Source: Eledone cirrhosa (lineage: Eukaryota). Taken from it: 64,000 nt of DNA. A program made the position numbers and the translations under genes. Under the pieces are notes generated by a model. It was not told where the DNA came from. It made no database searches and saw only the letters and a program-made list of their open reading frames with translations. The stretch spans positions 84,816,001 to 84,880,000 of the forward strand of contig OZ024747.1 in the NCBI GenBank assembly GCA_964016885.1, in the 5' to 3' direction. Of the stretch, positions 63,291 to 64,000 are shown one piece after another. Within the stretch, counting starts at the first letter, position 1. Every line of letters begins with the position of its first letter.

Positions 63291-63389
63291 ATGTACCGCA
63301 ATATTGGTTCTACTGATGCCTTACTCAACAGGGTTTCCCAGCAGCTCAATCAGAGCAGAAAGTCAACCAAGAGTAATGATGATTTGCAG
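63291..63389 (+). CDS. First coding exon of an uncharacterised protein
   Basis: TTTGCAG acceptor at 63280, CAAC-ATG context, MYRNIGSTDALLNRVSQQLNQSRKSTKSNDDLQ, CAG/GTATT donor. Confidence 0.6.
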
Positions 63390-63653
63390 GTATTTCCTTT
63401 TAACATTGGTCTTTGGTCTTAGGTGAATACTGAAAAGCATTCTGTTCGATGTTCTAATAATTCTGCCAATTTATTGCTTGAATTAAGTTTACTAATTTTA
63501 TTTGATACAGTTCAACAACCTGGACTAAATGTATGAAAATCAACCAGGTATTGTTTAAAGTAAATGAGTTATCTAACCTTTTTGTTGCTGTAGGTGTGAA
63601 ATTGTTCTAGAAAACTGTTAAGGTTGATTTTTTTTTTTACTCTTATATTTCAG

Positions 63654-64000
63654 AACTACTTAAGTTCACTCAAGAAACAGACAAAAGGTAATACTGTGAC
63701 ATTCAAAGATATTAGTGATATCTCTCTCTCCAGTGATGACACAATTATTGACATCTCAGATTCAAGTAATGAGGATGTTCAGCCAAAATCTTTCAAAAAC
63801 GACTTAGATTTTCAAAGCAGTTTGTATATAAAGCCACCAACCAATCTGTCTGCAATGAATCAGAATCAAACAGATGAGATGTTAACCATGAAATCCTTTG
63901 ATTCAGAAACTGGTAACTTAATGCCTTCATTTCGAAAAGAGCGCAACTTCACACAGACCTCTTCTGCACTAGACAGAGCTTCTAAGTTATTTGCCAAGTT
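63654..64000 (+). CDS. Second coding exon of the uncharacterised Ser/Asp-rich protein (runs off the window; loosely reminiscent of C19orf44-like proteins)
   Basis: Strong polypyrimidine TTTCAG acceptor; phase-0 frame open for 115 codons in AT-rich DNA (NYLSSLKKQTKG...SSALDRASKLFAK). Confidence 0.65.

Noticed and set aside
63511-63547. Candidate exon between the two terminal-gene exons
   Set aside because: Introduces an in-frame stop in phase 0; the flanking exons join cleanly without it.

Overview
AT-rich, repeat-dense eukaryotic DNA, most likely from a coleoid cephalopod (octopus-like SINE families and microsatellites; this is inference). Host genes: (i) the last three coding exons of an SLC22/organic-cation-transporter-like gene (+, 7878-14274); (ii) a complete 11-exon calreticulin gene (-, 31574-21073, 415 aa) with a perfect ER-stress element in its promoter and an atypical C-terminus (HGGEL instead of KDEL/HDEL); (iii) the first two coding exons of an uncharacterised gene (+, from 63291). 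The rest is a mosaic of mobile DNA: four Tx1/L1-clade LINE copies (one with an intact 1139-aa ORF2), RTE and BovB-like LINE pieces, CRE-clade remnants, degenerate Penelope-like elements, a Merlin (ISXO2-like) DNA transposon with TIRs, many tRNA-derived SINEs, and 35-, 48- and 40-bp minisatellites. The most notable signal is a 420-bp-period repeat at 57913-58810. It carries three minimal type-I hammerhead-ribozyme motifs (two in tandem, one inverted), the layout of Penelope terminal repeats and circRNA-producing retrozymes. A second hammerhead-like motif with a long stem II lies inside a 222-bp inverted repeat at 45216-45707. All calls come from reading the sequence by eye; no searches or folding were run.
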